Assembly (NCBI GenBank): GCA_965200265.1 | Contig: OZ241357.1 | Span: 1,731,003 to 1,795,002, forward strand | DNA from: Alphaproteobacteria bacterium | GTDB taxonomy: Bacteria; Pseudomonadota; Alphaproteobacteria; UBA2966 | Length of the DNA: 64,000 bases | Direction: 5' to 3' | Part shown: in pieces, positions 1-10,022 of the stretch | How positions within the stretch are numbered: the first letter of the stretch is position 1 | Layout: every line of letters begins with the position of its first letter | Made by a program: the position numbers and the translations under genes | Notes under the pieces: model-generated | What the model was told of the DNA's origin: nothing | Databases searched by the model: none | What the model saw: the letters and a program-made list of their open reading frames with translations, nothing else

Positions 1-3000
1 ATTTCCGCCTCTTGCGTGGCGACGTCGGCGTTCGGGTCGGTTTCCTTTGCGGTCTGGATGTGGTTTGCGAGGGTGGCGAGGCGCCGTTTCGTCTTTGCCG
101 GCGGCGTCGCGATGGGCGCGCGCTCCATGTCCGCCGAGAAGAACCTCATGTCGCCGCCGTCGAAGGGGTCGTCGAGGCAGGGCATGGAGAGGCGGAACCA
201 GAAATCCATGAGCCTGGAGTTCAGGAGGGCGAGAAGGCAGGCGTCGTCGCCGGGAACGATGTAGCAGGTATTGCCGACCAGACGGCCCTCACGGTCGAGC
301 ACGGCCCGCATTTCTGTTCCGATGTCGGGATAGACGATCTTCGGACGGGCGAATGCTTCGTGATAGGCGATGTTTGTCTGAAGCTCGAACCATTCGTAGC
401 TGCCCGGCGCTCGCCCTCGTCTGTCGTTGCGCTTCACCTTCGGCTCCAGGTCGGCGCGGAAGCGTGACAGATGCCGTTCGATGGCCGGGTAGTCCCCGAT
501 GTTCGTGCCCCGGCGGGTGAAGATGACGTACAGCCCCCGCCAATCCGCGCGCCAGCGGCGGACATCGCGGCCACGCAGCCAGGGCTTGATGAGATCAGCG
601 CCGTTCGGGTCCTCGTCGAGCAGCGCCGCGCGGGTATCAGCGTCGATGACGAAGGCGGCGTTCAGACCCGTCTTGATGCCGTAATAAATCTTCTCCGTCA
701 GATACTCCCGCAGCGGCGTTCCGGCGGCCTCGATCCTGGCCCGCAACTTCAGCAATTCCGGGGCCGCCAGGGTCCAGCCCGAATCCGGCAAGTCGGCAAC
801 CTTCATCGGAAACCCGTTCTCGTCCATGAACGCGCCAAGACCAGCCGCGCCGTCCACGCCGCGCACGGTGGCGGCGCGGAACTCGCCGTGGCCACCGCCC
901 TTGCGCGCCAGCAGCACCAGAGGCCGGACCGTCGCGTCGAACGCGCCCGTGCGCCCGAAATCGAGGATGGCGAGCGGCGGCGCCTCCCGCTTCAGGAACT
1001 CGCGCAACGGCCTGCCGTAATCGGCGCGCATGAACTTGTTGGAAGCGATGAAGCAGAGGGTTCCGCCGTCGGCCAGGAGGTCCGCGCCCTTGCGGAAGAA
1101 GTAGGTGTAGACGTCCGCCGCTCCCCGGTGGAACGCCCCGAACGCCGCCGCGAGCCGCGCCTTGCCGGCGATCTTCTCACCCCGGATGTAGGGCGGGTTG
1201 CCGATGACGACGTCGAATCCGCCCGGCGCGCCGAACATGTATTCCGGGTCGAACCATTCGGCGCGGGCGTTCTGGTCGTAAGGGTCCCAGCGGGCGACGG
1301 CCTCAGCGGCGTCGTGACCAAAGCCCAGGTTCTCCAATTCGCGGGCGAGCTCGGCCCGGAGCCTTTCGTCTTCCTCGCGCAGCCGGCGCTTGGTTTCCCG
1401 CGCGCCGGCGTTGAAGTAACGCTCGCGCACGTCCCGCAGGCGGTCTTCGATGGCCTTCACGGCGTCGTTGCCGAGCGTCCCTTGCGCCTCCTCGACGCCC
1501 AGCCCGATCAGCGCGTCGGCGGCGACGAAGCGGGTCTCCAGGTTGGGCAGCGGCTTGATGCCGAGGTTGGGCGCCTCCCGGTCCGGCTCCTGCTCGATGG
1601 CGAGCGAGACGAAGAAGCGCAGCTTGGCGATCTGGCAGGCGATGGGCTGGACGTCGACGCCGTAGATGCCGTTCTGGATCAGGTACAGCTTGCGCCCGAA
1701 ATCCGATTGCCGATACCTCTCGAACGTGTCGTTGATCTCCCGGAGCTCGTCCTCGCGCGCGTCCCGGTCGCCGCCGTCGAAGGCGGCGCCCGCCCGCGCC
1801 TTCGCCCGCTCCTTCTGAAACGCCTCCCACAGCGCGTTGTCCGGGTCCAGCCGCCGCAGCGCCAGCGTGAGCGTCTGCAGGACGCCCATCGGGAAGGCCC
1901 CGGACCCCGCCGCCGGGTCGAGCACCCGCAGGCCGGCGATGGCGCGCACCAGCGACGCCGCCTCCTCCGGCTCGAAGAAGTCGCCGGCGTCGGCCCTGGC
2001 GCTCTCCCAATCCAGCAGGTAAAGCAGCCGGGCGCGCCAGAAGTCGCCGCCGGCGACGGTCGGGCTGGCGCACTCCGCCAGGGCTTCCGCCAGCGCCTCG
2101 CGGACCATGTAGTCGACGACCGCCCGCGGCGTGTAGTAGGAGCCGGTGGCCTTGCGCGCCGTCTCCCGCGTCTCCGGGTTGTAGGCCGCCAGCAGGTTCT
2201 CGAACGCCCGGCCCAGCAGCTCCGGGTCGAGCGCCACCTCCCGGTCGAGCGGCGTGTTCTCCTCGACCGTGAACTTGTAGCGCCGGAACAGCGGGAACAG
2301 GCCGCGTTCCGGGTCGAGGAACAGCCGCGCCGGGACCTCCAGGCCCTTGCCCTGGGCCGGATTGTCGGTGAAGGCGTCGATGCGCCGCCCGCCCTCCTGC
2401 TTGCCGGCGAAGTCGTCCAGGCAGTCGAACAGCCCGCCGTTGACGAAGGGAACGGCCTTCAGCGTCTCGACGAAGCCGTCCGGGTCGGACAGCAGATCGC
2501 GGTAGCGGTATCTGGCGAAGTCGCGGTGGCCGCCCGGGTTCCGCCCGCTGAAGGCGCGCCTGTCGACCTCGGTGTTGAGGGTGGCGAAGAACAGGTTCTG
2601 GAGCACGGCGCGGTAGTAGTCCGTGCCATCCAGCGCGTAGCCCTTGAGCGCCGCGCGGGCGAAGCCGTCCTCGAACAACGCCTCCGGGATCAATCCCTTC
2701 TCCTTCATGAACCAGACGAAGAGAAGGCGCGTGATCAGGCGGATGACGTGGCGTTCGGTCGAACCCTCCCCGGCGCCGTCGTCGGGAAAGCGGCACGCCT
2801 TCGCCGCCCGCTCGAACCACGCGAACAACTCGCGATAGAAGCGCCGGTTGAGTTCCTCGATGTCGAGCGTCCGCTCCCACGCCGCGTGCAAATCGTCGAA
2901 GTCGCGGACGCCGTGGGCCTCGATCAGGCGCGGCAGCGCGAGGTTGGCGAGGACGTCGACGTGCGCCCGGTGCGGGTCGGCGGCGCGCACGTCCTTGATC

Positions 3001-3491
3001 AGGGTCACGCGCTCCAGCACGTCGCGGTCCGGCTCGCGCCTGTGGGCGCGGCGGTGGACGACGGCCAGCGTCACGGCCGCGCCGTGACGGAACAGGACGA
3101 TGACCGGCATGGCGAAGCCGAGATTGGCGGCGCGCGCCATCTCCGCCAGTTCGGTCCGGCTCCAGGGGCGGTCCTCGAGGTCGGCGGCCACGAACAGGAA
3201 CGACCTGGCGCGCCCGCGGTCGAAGTCCTGGAACAGGCCCGGACGGTCGCCGATCTCCTCGCCGGTGACCTGGAAGACGATGTCGGCCGAGCGCCAGGCG
3301 CCGAGCAGCTTGCGCCGCCGCGCCGTCAGGGGCCTCCTCTCCTCCAGCAGGGCCACGAACGCATCGACGCCGCCCACGTCCTCCGTCCGCTCACTGCTAT
3401 AGCCGAGCGCGCCCAGCAGCGCCGCGGCGCCTTCGCGCGGCGGGCGTCCCGGCGCCAGGCCGGCCAGGGCTTGCTTCACGGAATCGCGCAT
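1..3491 (-). CDS. Eco57I/PglX-family N6-adenine DNA methyltransferase with TaqI_C-like target-recognition domain (type IIG RM-like). 3' end truncated at window start.
   Basis: Reverse-strand ORF from ATG at 3491 (MRDSVKQALAGLAPGRPPREG...). SAM-binding motif I DPAAGSGAF around 1900 and catalytic NPPY around 1190 (motif I before IV). C-terminal region TaqI_C-like (YYGIKTGLNAAFVID...WFEL). No stop codon before position 1, so it is absent from the ORF track. The antisense +ORF 471..4874 is an artefact over this region. Confidence 0.8.
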   Translation of the reverse strand, partial: MRDSVKQALAGLAPGRPPREGAAALLGALGYSSERTEDVGGVDAFVALLEERRPLTARRRKLLGAWRSADIVFQVTGEEIGDRPGLFQDFDRGRARSFLFVAADLEDRPWSRTELAEMARAANLGFAMPVIVLFRHGAAVTLAVVHRRAHRREPDRDVLERVTLIKDVRAADPHRAHVDVLANLALPRLIEAHGVRDFDDLHAAWERTLDIEELNRRFYRELFAWFERAAKACRFPDDGAGEGSTERHVIRLITRLLFVWFMKEKGLIPEALFEDGFARAALKGYALDGTDYYRAVLQNLFFATLNTEVDRRAFSGRNPGGHRDFARYRYRDLLSDPDGFVETLKAVPFVNGGLFDCLDDFAGKQEGGRRIDAFTDNPAQGKGLEVPARLFLDPERGLFPLFRRYKFTVEENTPLDREVALDPELLGRAFENLLAAYNPETRETARKATGSYYTPRAVVDYMVREALAEALAECASPTVAGGDFWRARLLYLLDWESARADAGDFFEPEEAASLVRAIAGLRVLDPAAGSGAFPMGVLQTLTLALRRLDPDNALWEAFQKERAKARAGAAFDGGDRDAREDELREINDTFERYRQSDFGRKLYLIQNGIYGVDVQPIACQIAKLRFFVSLAIEQEPDREAPNLGIKPLPNLETRFVAADALIGLGVEEAQGTLGNDAVKAIEDRLRDVRERYFNAGARETKRRLREEDERLRAELARELENLGFGHDAAEAVARWDPYDQNARAEWFDPEYMFGAPGGFDVVIGNPPYIRGEKIAGKARLAAAFGAFHRGAADVYTYFFRKGADLLADGGTLCFIASNKFMRADYGRPLREFLKREAPPLAILDFGRTGAFDATVRPLVLLARKGGGHGEFRAATVRGVDGAAGLGAFMDENGFPMKVADLPDSGWTLAAPELLKLRARIEAAGTPLREYLTEKIYYGIKTGLNAAFVIDADTRAALLDEDPNGADLIKPWLRGRDVRRWRADWRGLYVIFTRRGTNIGDYPAIERHLSRFRADLEPKVKRNDRRGRAPGSYEWFELQTNIAYHEAFARPKIVYPDIGTEMRAVLDREGRLVGNTCYIVPGDDACLLALLNSRLMDFWFRLSMPCLDDPFDGGDMRFFSADMERAPIATPPAKTKRRLATLANHIQTAKETDPNADVATQEAE

Positions 3492-3537
3492 CGGATCGGG
3501 GGCGGAGTGTACCGACCGGCGGCGGCCGCGGTCCATC

Positions 3538-3618
3538 CTGGCCGGTGGCCGGTGGCCAGTGGCCAGTTGCCGGCACCTGCCGGCACCGATCACCGGCAAC
3601 CGGCAACCGTCCACGGCG
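3538..3618. repeat. REP-like hairpin element made of 7-bp repeats (CCGGTGG/CCAGTGG ... CCACCGG/CCACTGG) around a CCGGCACCGATCACCGG centre
   Basis: Read directly in the sequence. Same family as the copies at 8664, 26314 and 19589. It lies in the divergent intergenic region between the MTase and rnd. Confidence 0.7.
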
Positions 3619-3695
3619 GGCGCGGGCGGGGGAATCCCTCTATGCTGCCGCGGCGCCGCGAGGCGTCGACCCGCAACAGGAACGGCGATCCGGTC

Positions 3696-4874
3696 ATGGC
3701 CGCGAACCTGGTGAGCAACACCCCGGAACTGATCTCCGCCTGCCGGCGGCTCCGCGCCGCCGACTATGTCGCGGTCGATACCGAATTCATCCGCGACAAC
3801 ACCTACTGGCCCCGGCTCTGCCTCGTGCAGGTCGCCGGCGAGGCCGGGGCGCTCGCGATCGACCCGCTCGGCGCCGACCTCGACCTGAAGCCCTTTCTCG
3901 AGCTGCTGACGGACGAGAGCGTGCTCAAGGTGTTCCACGCCGCGCGCCAGGACGTCGAGATCTTCCACTTGCTGGGGGCCATGCCGGCGCCGCTCTTCGA
4001 TACGCAACTCGCCGCGATGGTCTGCGGTTTCGGCGACGCCGCGGGATACGAGACCCTCGTCAAGCGCCTGCTCGGCCATGCCGTCGACAAGTCGTCCCGG
4101 CTTTCCGACTGGTCCCGCCGCCCCCTGAGCGAACGGCAGATCCGATACGCCCTCGACGACGTGGTCCATCTTCGCGGCGTCTACGCCGAGCTCGCCCGGC
4201 GGCTGCGGGACTCGGGACGCGAACGATGGCTCGCCGAGGAACTCGCCCTCCTCACCGACCCGGAGACCTACGCCAACCCGCCGGAAGAGGCCTGGCGGCG
4301 GATCAGGAGCCGGAGCGCCAAGCCGCGCCACATGGCCGTCCTGCGGGAGCTCGCGGCCTGGCGCGAGCGCGCGGCGCAAGCGCGGGACCGCCCGCGAAAC
4401 CGCGTGCTCCGCGACGAGGCCCTGGCGGAAATCGCGGCGCATCCGCCGAGGAGCGCGGCCGACCTGAAGCGGATGCGCGGCCTCCCGAAGGGCCTGCCGA
4501 CCCGGGCCGACGGCGAAACGATCGCGCGCATCGTGGCGGACGTCATGGCGCTGCCGGAAGGAGACCTTCCCCGGCCGGAGGCCCGGTCGCGCCCGAACAA
4601 GGGCAAGGCGCCGCTCGTCGAACTGCTCAAGGTGCTCCTCAAGGCGAAATGCGAGGAACACGGCGTGGCCCCGAAGCTGGTGGCGACGGGCGACGACCTC
4701 GAACGCATCGCGGCCGGCGACAAGCACGGGATCCCGTCGCTGACGGGATGGCGCCGCGGGCTTTTCGGCGAGGACGCGCTGCGGCTGACGCGGGGCGAGG
4801 TCGCGCTGACGGCCGATTCGCGCGGCATCCGGCTGATCGGCGCGGCCCCGCCGGACGGCGGCGGCCCGGCATGA
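3696..4874 (+). CDS. rnd: Ribonuclease D (3'-5' exonuclease plus HRDC domain)
   Basis: MAANLVSNTPELISACRRLRAADYVAVDTEFIRDNTYWPRLCLVQVA... is a DEDDy exonuclease motif region, with an HRDC-like C-terminus. The ATG at 3696 is the C-terminal third of track ORF 471..4874. Confidence 0.9.
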   Translation: MAANLVSNTPELISACRRLRAADYVAVDTEFIRDNTYWPRLCLVQVAGEAGALAIDPLGADLDLKPFLELLTDESVLKVFHAARQDVEIFHLLGAMPAPLFDTQLAAMVCGFGDAAGYETLVKRLLGHAVDKSSRLSDWSRRPLSERQIRYALDDVVHLRGVYAELARRLRDSGRERWLAEELALLTDPETYANPPEEAWRRIRSRSAKPRHMAVLRELAAWRERAAQARDRPRNRVLRDEALAEIAAHPPRSAADLKRMRGLPKGLPTRADGETIARIVADVMALPEGDLPRPEARSRPNKGKAPLVELLKVLLKAKCEEHGVAPKLVATGDDLERIAAGDKHGIPSLTGWRRGLFGEDALRLTRGEVALTADSRGIRLIGAAPPDGGGPA

Positions 4875-4898
4875 CGGACGCCGCGGCGCGCCGGCGGC

Positions 4899-6434
4899 CT
4901 ACGCGCCGGCCTCGATCCGGCGCCGCGGCGCCAGATTCAGGCATCGCGCGACGGACGCGAGCCGCCTGTCGACGAGTTCGCTGTAAAGGCAGGAGTCCTC
5001 GGGGCGCATGTGGAGCACCGCCTCGCCGGCGGCCCGCTCCAGCCGGGTGCGCGCGAGAACGCCGGGAGCGCCGCCGGAGAGCGTGAGCCCGAGACGGAGC
5101 GCAACCCCGACGAGCTTCGCCCGTTCGGCCGTCGCCAGGTCGACGAGGGTTCGCGCGGGCTCCGTGACCGGCGCGTCGCCGGCGCCGTGATGCCGCGCGT
5201 GAACGGCCAGCGCGACGAACGCGCGCCCGGCGTGATCTATCCCGACGACGGGCGCCCGCAACACCTCCTCGAAGGCCTGCGCCGCGCGGTAGCCGGGGTG
5301 CGCGCGCCAGGCGACGTCGGACAGCAGACAGGCCGCCAGGCGCAACCGGCGGTCTTCCGGGCCTTCCTCCCCGAACAGGGGCGCCATCCACGCCGCCAGT
5401 TCGTCGCCCGTATCCCCGAACCGCGAGGCGCGCGCCGCGAACGCCCGGCACCGGTCGATCAGCGGGTCCGCGGCCCGGACCTCCTCCGGCAGGCGCTCGT
5501 GCAGCAGGCCCTCGCGGAGCCCGCCGGCCAGGAACATGACCCGTCCGGGCCGCAGGCGGCGCAGGACCCGGGAGAGGACGGCGGCGGCGGCGGGGAGCGA
5601 CTCCAGCCGGCGCTGGTTCACGCCCTCGATTCTCGCCAGGGAGTCGGCGCCGAGGCCGGAGATCAGGTCCGCCAGGGCGGCCGCCTCCTCCCGCGCGATC
5701 TCGTACTGGTGGACGATACGCAGCGGATAGTCGCGCCGCGCCATGTGGATGCGCGCCAGCGAGCGCCACGCGCCGCCGACGGCGTAGAAATCCTTCTTCC
5801 GCGCCTTCCCGAGCCAGGCCACCTTGTCGAGGGCGCGGTCGGCGGCGGCGATGCGCTTGCCGGGCGCGAGACCGGTCAGGCGCAGCGCGCCCAGAGGCAG
5901 CGTCACGCCGTCCCCCGCGGCGCCCGACTCCAGCCTCACCAGTTCGAGGCTGCCGCCCCCCAGGTCGCCCATGACGCCATCGGCGCGGGAGAGCGCCGAC
6001 GTGGCGCCCAGGGCCGACAGGCGCGCCTCCTCCGCCCCGGACAGGACGCGCACCTCCAGACCGCAGGCGTCGCGCGCGCGGGCGACGAACGCCGGCCCGT
6101 CGGCCGCCTCGCGCACGGCCGCGGTCGCCACCGCCTCGGGGACGCCGGCGCCGAGCTCCCGCGATAGGGCGACGAACCGCCCGATCGTGGAAAGGGCGAG
6201 GTCGACGCCGCCCGCGTGCAGCGCGCCGGTCTCGGCGAGGTCGCGGCCGATGCCGCACAGGACGCGCTCGTTGAAGACCGGCAGGGGCGCGCGCACCAGG
6301 CCTTCGAAGACGACCAGCCGGACGGAGTTCGACCCGACGTCGATGACGGCCCGCCGCCGCCGCGCGCCGGCGATGCCGGATCGCGGGTGGCGGACGCGGG
6401 CCTCGGGCGCCGGGTCAATCGCCGTCGAGGACAA
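4899..6434 (-). CDS. ppx: Exopolyphosphatase (Ppx/GppA family)
   Basis: N-terminal [16 protein letters not shown] Ppx/GppA signature, about 511 aa. The start may be an internal codon; the gene overlaps the ppk 3' end by 20 nt (operon). Confidence 0.85.
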   Translation of the reverse strand: MSSTAIDPAPEARVRHPRSGIAGARRRRAVIDVGSNSVRLVVFEGLVRAPLPVFNERVLCGIGRDLAETGALHAGGVDLALSTIGRFVALSRELGAGVPEAVATAAVREAADGPAFVARARDACGLEVRVLSGAEEARLSALGATSALSRADGVMGDLGGGSLELVRLESGAAGDGVTLPLGALRLTGLAPGKRIAAADRALDKVAWLGKARKKDFYAVGGAWRSLARIHMARRDYPLRIVHQYEIAREEAAALADLISGLGADSLARIEGVNQRRLESLPAAAAVLSRVLRRLRPGRVMFLAGGLREGLLHERLPEEVRAADPLIDRCRAFAARASRFGDTGDELAAWMAPLFGEEGPEDRRLRLAACLLSDVAWRAHPGYRAAQAFEEVLRAPVVGIDHAGRAFVALAVHARHHGAGDAPVTEPARTLVDLATAERAKLVGVALRLGLTLSGGAPGVLARTRLERAAGEAVLHMRPEDSCLYSELVDRRLASVARCLNLAPRRRIEAGA

Positions 6435-8601
6435 GGTGCGGGTCGGGGGCGGACGTCTCCAGCGCCTTGCCGCGCCCGGAAAGACTGGGATTGGTCATGA
6501 AGTAGGTATGCGCCGAAAACGCCTCGTCGTCCAGTTCCGATCTCGCATAGGTCCCGTCGGGCTGGAGCGTCCAGCTCTGGGCCTTGTCCTTGAAGTTGGC
6601 GACCATGATCTGATCGAGGACCTGCTCGTGAACCGTCGGGTTCTCCAGCGGGGTCAGCAGCTCGACCCGCCAGTCGAAGTTTCTCGGCATCCAGTCGGCG
6701 GACGAGATGAAGACCCGGGCGCCGGGCGACGGCAGGCCGCGGCCGGCGCCGAAGCAGACGATGCGGGAGTGCTCCAGAAAGCGGCCGATCACGCTCTTCA
6801 CGCGGATGTTGTCCGAAAGGCCGGGCACGCCGGGGCGCAGGCAGCAGATGCCGCGCACGACGAGGTCGATCTGCACGCCGGCCCGGCTCGCCCGGTAGAG
6901 GGCGTCGATGATCTTCCCGTCCACCAGGGAGTTCATCTTCGCCCAGATCTCGGCCGGACGGCCCGCCTTGGCGTGGGCTATTTCCCGGTCCACCATGTCG
7001 ATCAGCGTGCCGCGCAGGTTCTGGGGCGAGTTCACGAGCCGCTCCAGATGGCGGGGCGGGGCGGTTCCCGTCATGTAGTTGAAGATGTCGGCGGCATCGC
7101 GGCCGATGGCCGGGTCGGAGGTGAAGAACGAGAGGTCCGTGTACACCCTGGCGGTGACCGGGTGGTAGTTCCCGGTGCCCAGATGCACGTAGGTCTCGAG
7201 GCCGTCCTTCTCGCGCCGGACGACGAGCGAGACCTTGGCGTGCGTCTTCAGCGAGACGAAGCCGTACACGACCTGCACGCCGGCGCGCTCGAGGTTCCGC
7301 GCCCAGCGCAGGTTGGCCTCCTCGTCGAACCGCGCCTTGAGCTCGACCAGGGCGGTCACGGACTTGCCGGATTCGGCCGCGTCGATCAGCGCCGCGACGA
7401 TCGGCGAATCATCGCTGGTGCGATAGAGGGTCTGCTTGACGGCGATCACGTCGGGGTCCGCCGCCGCCTGTTCGACGAACTGCACGACGACGTCGAAGCT
7501 CTCGTAGGGATGATGGACCACGAAGTCCTTCTCCCGGATCGCGGCGAACAGGTTCCCCCCGGCTTCCCTGACGCGCTCCGGGTAGCGCGGACTGTAGGGC
7601 GTGAACAGCAGTTCGGCGCGCTGGCCGAGGATGAGCTCGCTGGTGTCTCCGAGGCCGAGAATCCCGTCGACCACCGTCACCGCGTCATCCGGCGCCCCGA
7701 TCTCCGCGGCGACGAACCGGCGCAGGTCCTCGGGCATTCCCGAATCGACGAACAGCAGCGTCACGCTGCCCCGGCGGCGGCGCTTGATCGCCGATTCGTA
7801 GAACCGGATCAGATCCTCCGATTCGTCCTCGATCTGTATGTCCGAATCGCGCAGGACCCGCACCAGCCCTTCGCCCGCGACGTCGTAGCCGGGGAGGAGC
7901 TGGTCGACGAACATCCGCACGATGTTCTCGAGCGAGAGGAAGCGGGCGGCGTCGCCGGGCAGCCGGAAGAACCGATCGACCTGATGCGACAGCGGGATCA
8001 GGGCCTGCAGCACGTGGCCGTCGCTCCGGCGGGACAGCTGAAGCACCATCGCGAAGCCGCGGTTCGGAAGGAACGGAAAGGGATGGGCCGGGTCGACCGC
8101 GATCGGCGTGAGCACGGGAAACACGCGCTCGAGAAAGAGGCGGCCGATGAACTCCCTGTCCGCGTCCGTCAGATCGGCGGTATCGAGCACGACGATGCCG
8201 GTCTCGCGGAGCCGCTGCCGGAGCGCCGACCAGACGCGCGCCTGGTCGGCCATCAGCCTGTTGGCGCGGGTGTTGATCTCGGTCAGCTGCTCTTCCGGAG
8301 ACAGCCCGTCCTGGCTGAGCTCGTGGACGCCGGCCGCGATCTGGCCGCGGATGCCGGCCACGCGAACGGTGTAGAACTCGTCCAGGTTGACCGCCGAGAT
8401 CGACAGGAACCGGAGCCGCTCCAGCAGCGGGTGGGACGGGTTCTCGGCCTCCTCGAGGACCCGTTCGTTGAACGACAGCCACGACAGCTCGCGGTTGATG
8501 TAGCGCTCGCTCGACCGGAGCGGCGCCTCGTCGCGGCCGTCCCCGCCGGCCGCCGCGTCCCGGTCCGTCGTCTCGCGAGGTCGCGTCTCGGCGATCGTCA
8601 C
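6415..8601 (-). CDS. ppk: Polyphosphate kinase 1
   Basis: [22 protein letters not shown]... and the PPK1 domain series. The likely start is GTG at 8601, preceded by GGAGGAGG. The first ~47 residues of the track ORF (8742..8602) lie over the REP element and are not coding. Confidence 0.9.
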   Translation of the reverse strand: MTIAETRPRETTDRDAAAGGDGRDEAPLRSSERYINRELSWLSFNERVLEEAENPSHPLLERLRFLSISAVNLDEFYTVRVAGIRGQIAAGVHELSQDGLSPEEQLTEINTRANRLMADQARVWSALRQRLRETGIVVLDTADLTDADREFIGRLFLERVFPVLTPIAVDPAHPFPFLPNRGFAMVLQLSRRSDGHVLQALIPLSHQVDRFFRLPGDAARFLSLENIVRMFVDQLLPGYDVAGEGLVRVLRDSDIQIEDESEDLIRFYESAIKRRRRGSVTLLFVDSGMPEDLRRFVAAEIGAPDDAVTVVDGILGLGDTSELILGQRAELLFTPYSPRYPERVREAGGNLFAAIREKDFVVHHPYESFDVVVQFVEQAAADPDVIAVKQTLYRTSDDSPIVAALIDAAESGKSVTALVELKARFDEEANLRWARNLERAGVQVVYGFVSLKTHAKVSLVVRREKDGLETYVHLGTGNYHPVTARVYTDLSFFTSDPAIGRDAADIFNYMTGTAPPRHLERLVNSPQNLRGTLIDMVDREIAHAKAGRPAEIWAKMNSLVDGKIIDALYRASRAGVQIDLVVRGICCLRPGVPGLSDNIRVKSVIGRFLEHSRIVCFGAGRGLPSPGARVFISSADWMPRNFDWRVELLTPLENPTVHEQVLDQIMVANFKDKAQSWTLQPDGTYARSELDDEAFSAHTYFMTNPSLSGRGKALETSAPDPHLVLDGD

Positions 8602-8663
8602 GTGGCCTCCTCCGATTTCCCCGCACCGCGCCGGCGGGCGGATGCCCGGCATGGTAGCAGATG

Positions 8664-8763
8664 CGCCGGTGGCCGGTTGCCGGTGGCCGGTGGCCGGTTG
8701 CCAGTGGCCGGTGGCCAGTTGCCAGTGGCCGGCACCGATCACCGGTCACCGGCCACCGGCCAC
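8664..8763. repeat. REP-like 7-mer-array hairpin element
   Basis: ...gccggtggccggttgccggtggccggtggccggttgccagtggccggtggccagttgccagtggccggcaccgatcaccggtcaccggccaccggccactg. Divergent intergenic region between ppk and the FAD monooxygenase. Confidence 0.7.
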
Positions 8764-8887
8764 TGATAACAAGGCCGCGATGCCGGCGGGACGGAGTTTG
8801 ACCCCGAACGGCCGGCCGCATATTACGGCGGGCACGCCGGGCGCGCGCCGCGTCCGGCCGCCGCCGAAACCGATCCGGACGAGGGCG

Positions 8888-9982
8888 ATGCCCCTTTCCC
8901 GTCACGCCGAAATCGCCGGCGCCGGATTCGCCGGCCTGACCGCGGCCGCGGCGCTGGCCCGGCGCGGGTGGTCGGTGCGCGTGCACGAGAAAGGCCCCGA
9001 GGTTCGCGCGTTCGGCGCCGGGATCTGGATCTGGACGAACGGCTGGCGCGTCCTCAAGGCGGTAGGCGCCTACGCGCGGGCGCGCGAGGACGGCTACGAA
9101 AGCCCCTCGATCGAGAGATACGACCACAACGGCAGGCTACTCATGCCGCCGGTCCGGTTCGCCGACCACGGCGCCCGGATGATCGCCGTCGTCCGGCAGA
9201 AGCTGATCGAGGCCCTGCTCGAGACGTGCCTCGAGGCGGGCGTCGACGTCGTCACGGATTCGGAGGTGTCGGGCGCCTCCGAGGACGGCGAACTGAAAAC
9301 CGCCGCCGGCGGGACGTTTCCCGCGGACCTCGTGATCGGCGCCGACGGCGTCAACTCCGCCGTCCGCGATTCGCTGAAGCTGACCCGGCGCCGCAACCGC
9401 CTCGCCTACGGCGGCTCCCGGCTGCTCATCCCGCGCACCGGGGAAGAGATGGCGGACGCGACGGACCGGGTCCTGACCTACGTCAACGGGGAAAGAAGGC
9501 TGCTGTACACGCCCTGCGGGCGGACGCTGACCTATCTCTGCTTCACCGTCCGCCCCGACGACGCGGAGGGCCGCGCCGTTCCGGTCAGAAAGAAGGCGTG
9601 GATCGAGTCGTTCCCGATGCTGGAACACGTCCTGGAGCGCGTGGGGACCGACGGCCGCTGGGACCGCTACGAGGTGATACGGCTCAAGCGCTGGACGCGC
9701 GGGCGGGTCGCCATCGTCGGCGACGCGGCTCACGCCATGGCGCCCTCGCTCGGGCAGGGCGGCGGGTGCGCGATGATGAACGCCCTGTCCCTGGCCGCCG
9801 CCGCCGGAGACGCGGCCGACGTTCCCGGCGCCCTCGCGGCGTGGGAGGAGCGGGAGCGGCCGCTGACCGAACGGGCGCAGCACGTCTCCTCGATGTTTTC
9901 GGGCCAGCGGACGGACTGGCGGCGGCGCGGCATATTCGAAACGGCCCGTCACCGGCCGACGGGCGCCGAGGGCATCGACTGA
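8888..9982 (+). CDS. FAD-dependent aromatic-ring monooxygenase (class A flavoprotein hydroxylase, salicylate/3-hydroxybenzoate hydroxylase-like)
   Basis: HAEIAGAGFAGLTAAAALARRGWSVRVHE (dinucleotide-binding GxGxxG), DLVIGADGVNSAVR, and the GDAAHAMAPSLGQGGGCAMMNA motif. Paralogue of 16442..17644. Confidence 0.85.
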   Translation: MPLSRHAEIAGAGFAGLTAAAALARRGWSVRVHEKGPEVRAFGAGIWIWTNGWRVLKAVGAYARAREDGYESPSIERYDHNGRLLMPPVRFADHGARMIAVVRQKLIEALLETCLEAGVDVVTDSEVSGASEDGELKTAAGGTFPADLVIGADGVNSAVRDSLKLTRRRNRLAYGGSRLLIPRTGEEMADATDRVLTYVNGERRLLYTPCGRTLTYLCFTVRPDDAEGRAVPVRKKAWIESFPMLEHVLERVGTDGRWDRYEVIRLKRWTRGRVAIVGDAAHAMAPSLGQGGGCAMMNALSLAAAAGDAADVPGALAAWEERERPLTERAQHVSSMFSGQRTDWRRRGIFETARHRPTGAEGID

Positions 9983-10022
9983 GCGCCCGTCCCGGAATAC
10001 GCCGTCCCGGCGGGGAACGCGC

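Noticed and set aside
1303-2880. 525-aa minus-strand ORF (MGADARHRGTQPALL...)
   Set aside because: Out-of-frame relative to the methyltransferase on the same strand, with a typical GC-rich frameshift composition (RRRRGG...).
1-3491. Interpreting the methyltransferase as BREX PglX
   Set aside because: BREX type 1 needs brxA, brxB and brxC immediately upstream of pglX. The upstream neighbour here is a divergent housekeeping rnd. A BREX assignment cannot be supported from this window, although pglZ or brxL downstream (off-window) cannot be excluded.
471-3695. N-terminal about 1,075 aa of the 1,467-aa plus-strand ORF 471..4874
   Set aside because: Arg/Gly/Pro/Val-rich low-complexity translation with no recognisable domain. 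It is the antisense of the methyltransferase gene, which has clear motifs. Only the C-terminal part from ATG 3696 (rnd) is real.
5824-8766. 980-aa plus-strand ORF overlapping ppx and ppk
   Set aside because: Antisense to two genes with unambiguous Ppx and PPK1 homology. Composition is Ala/Arg/Pro/Ser-rich without motifs.
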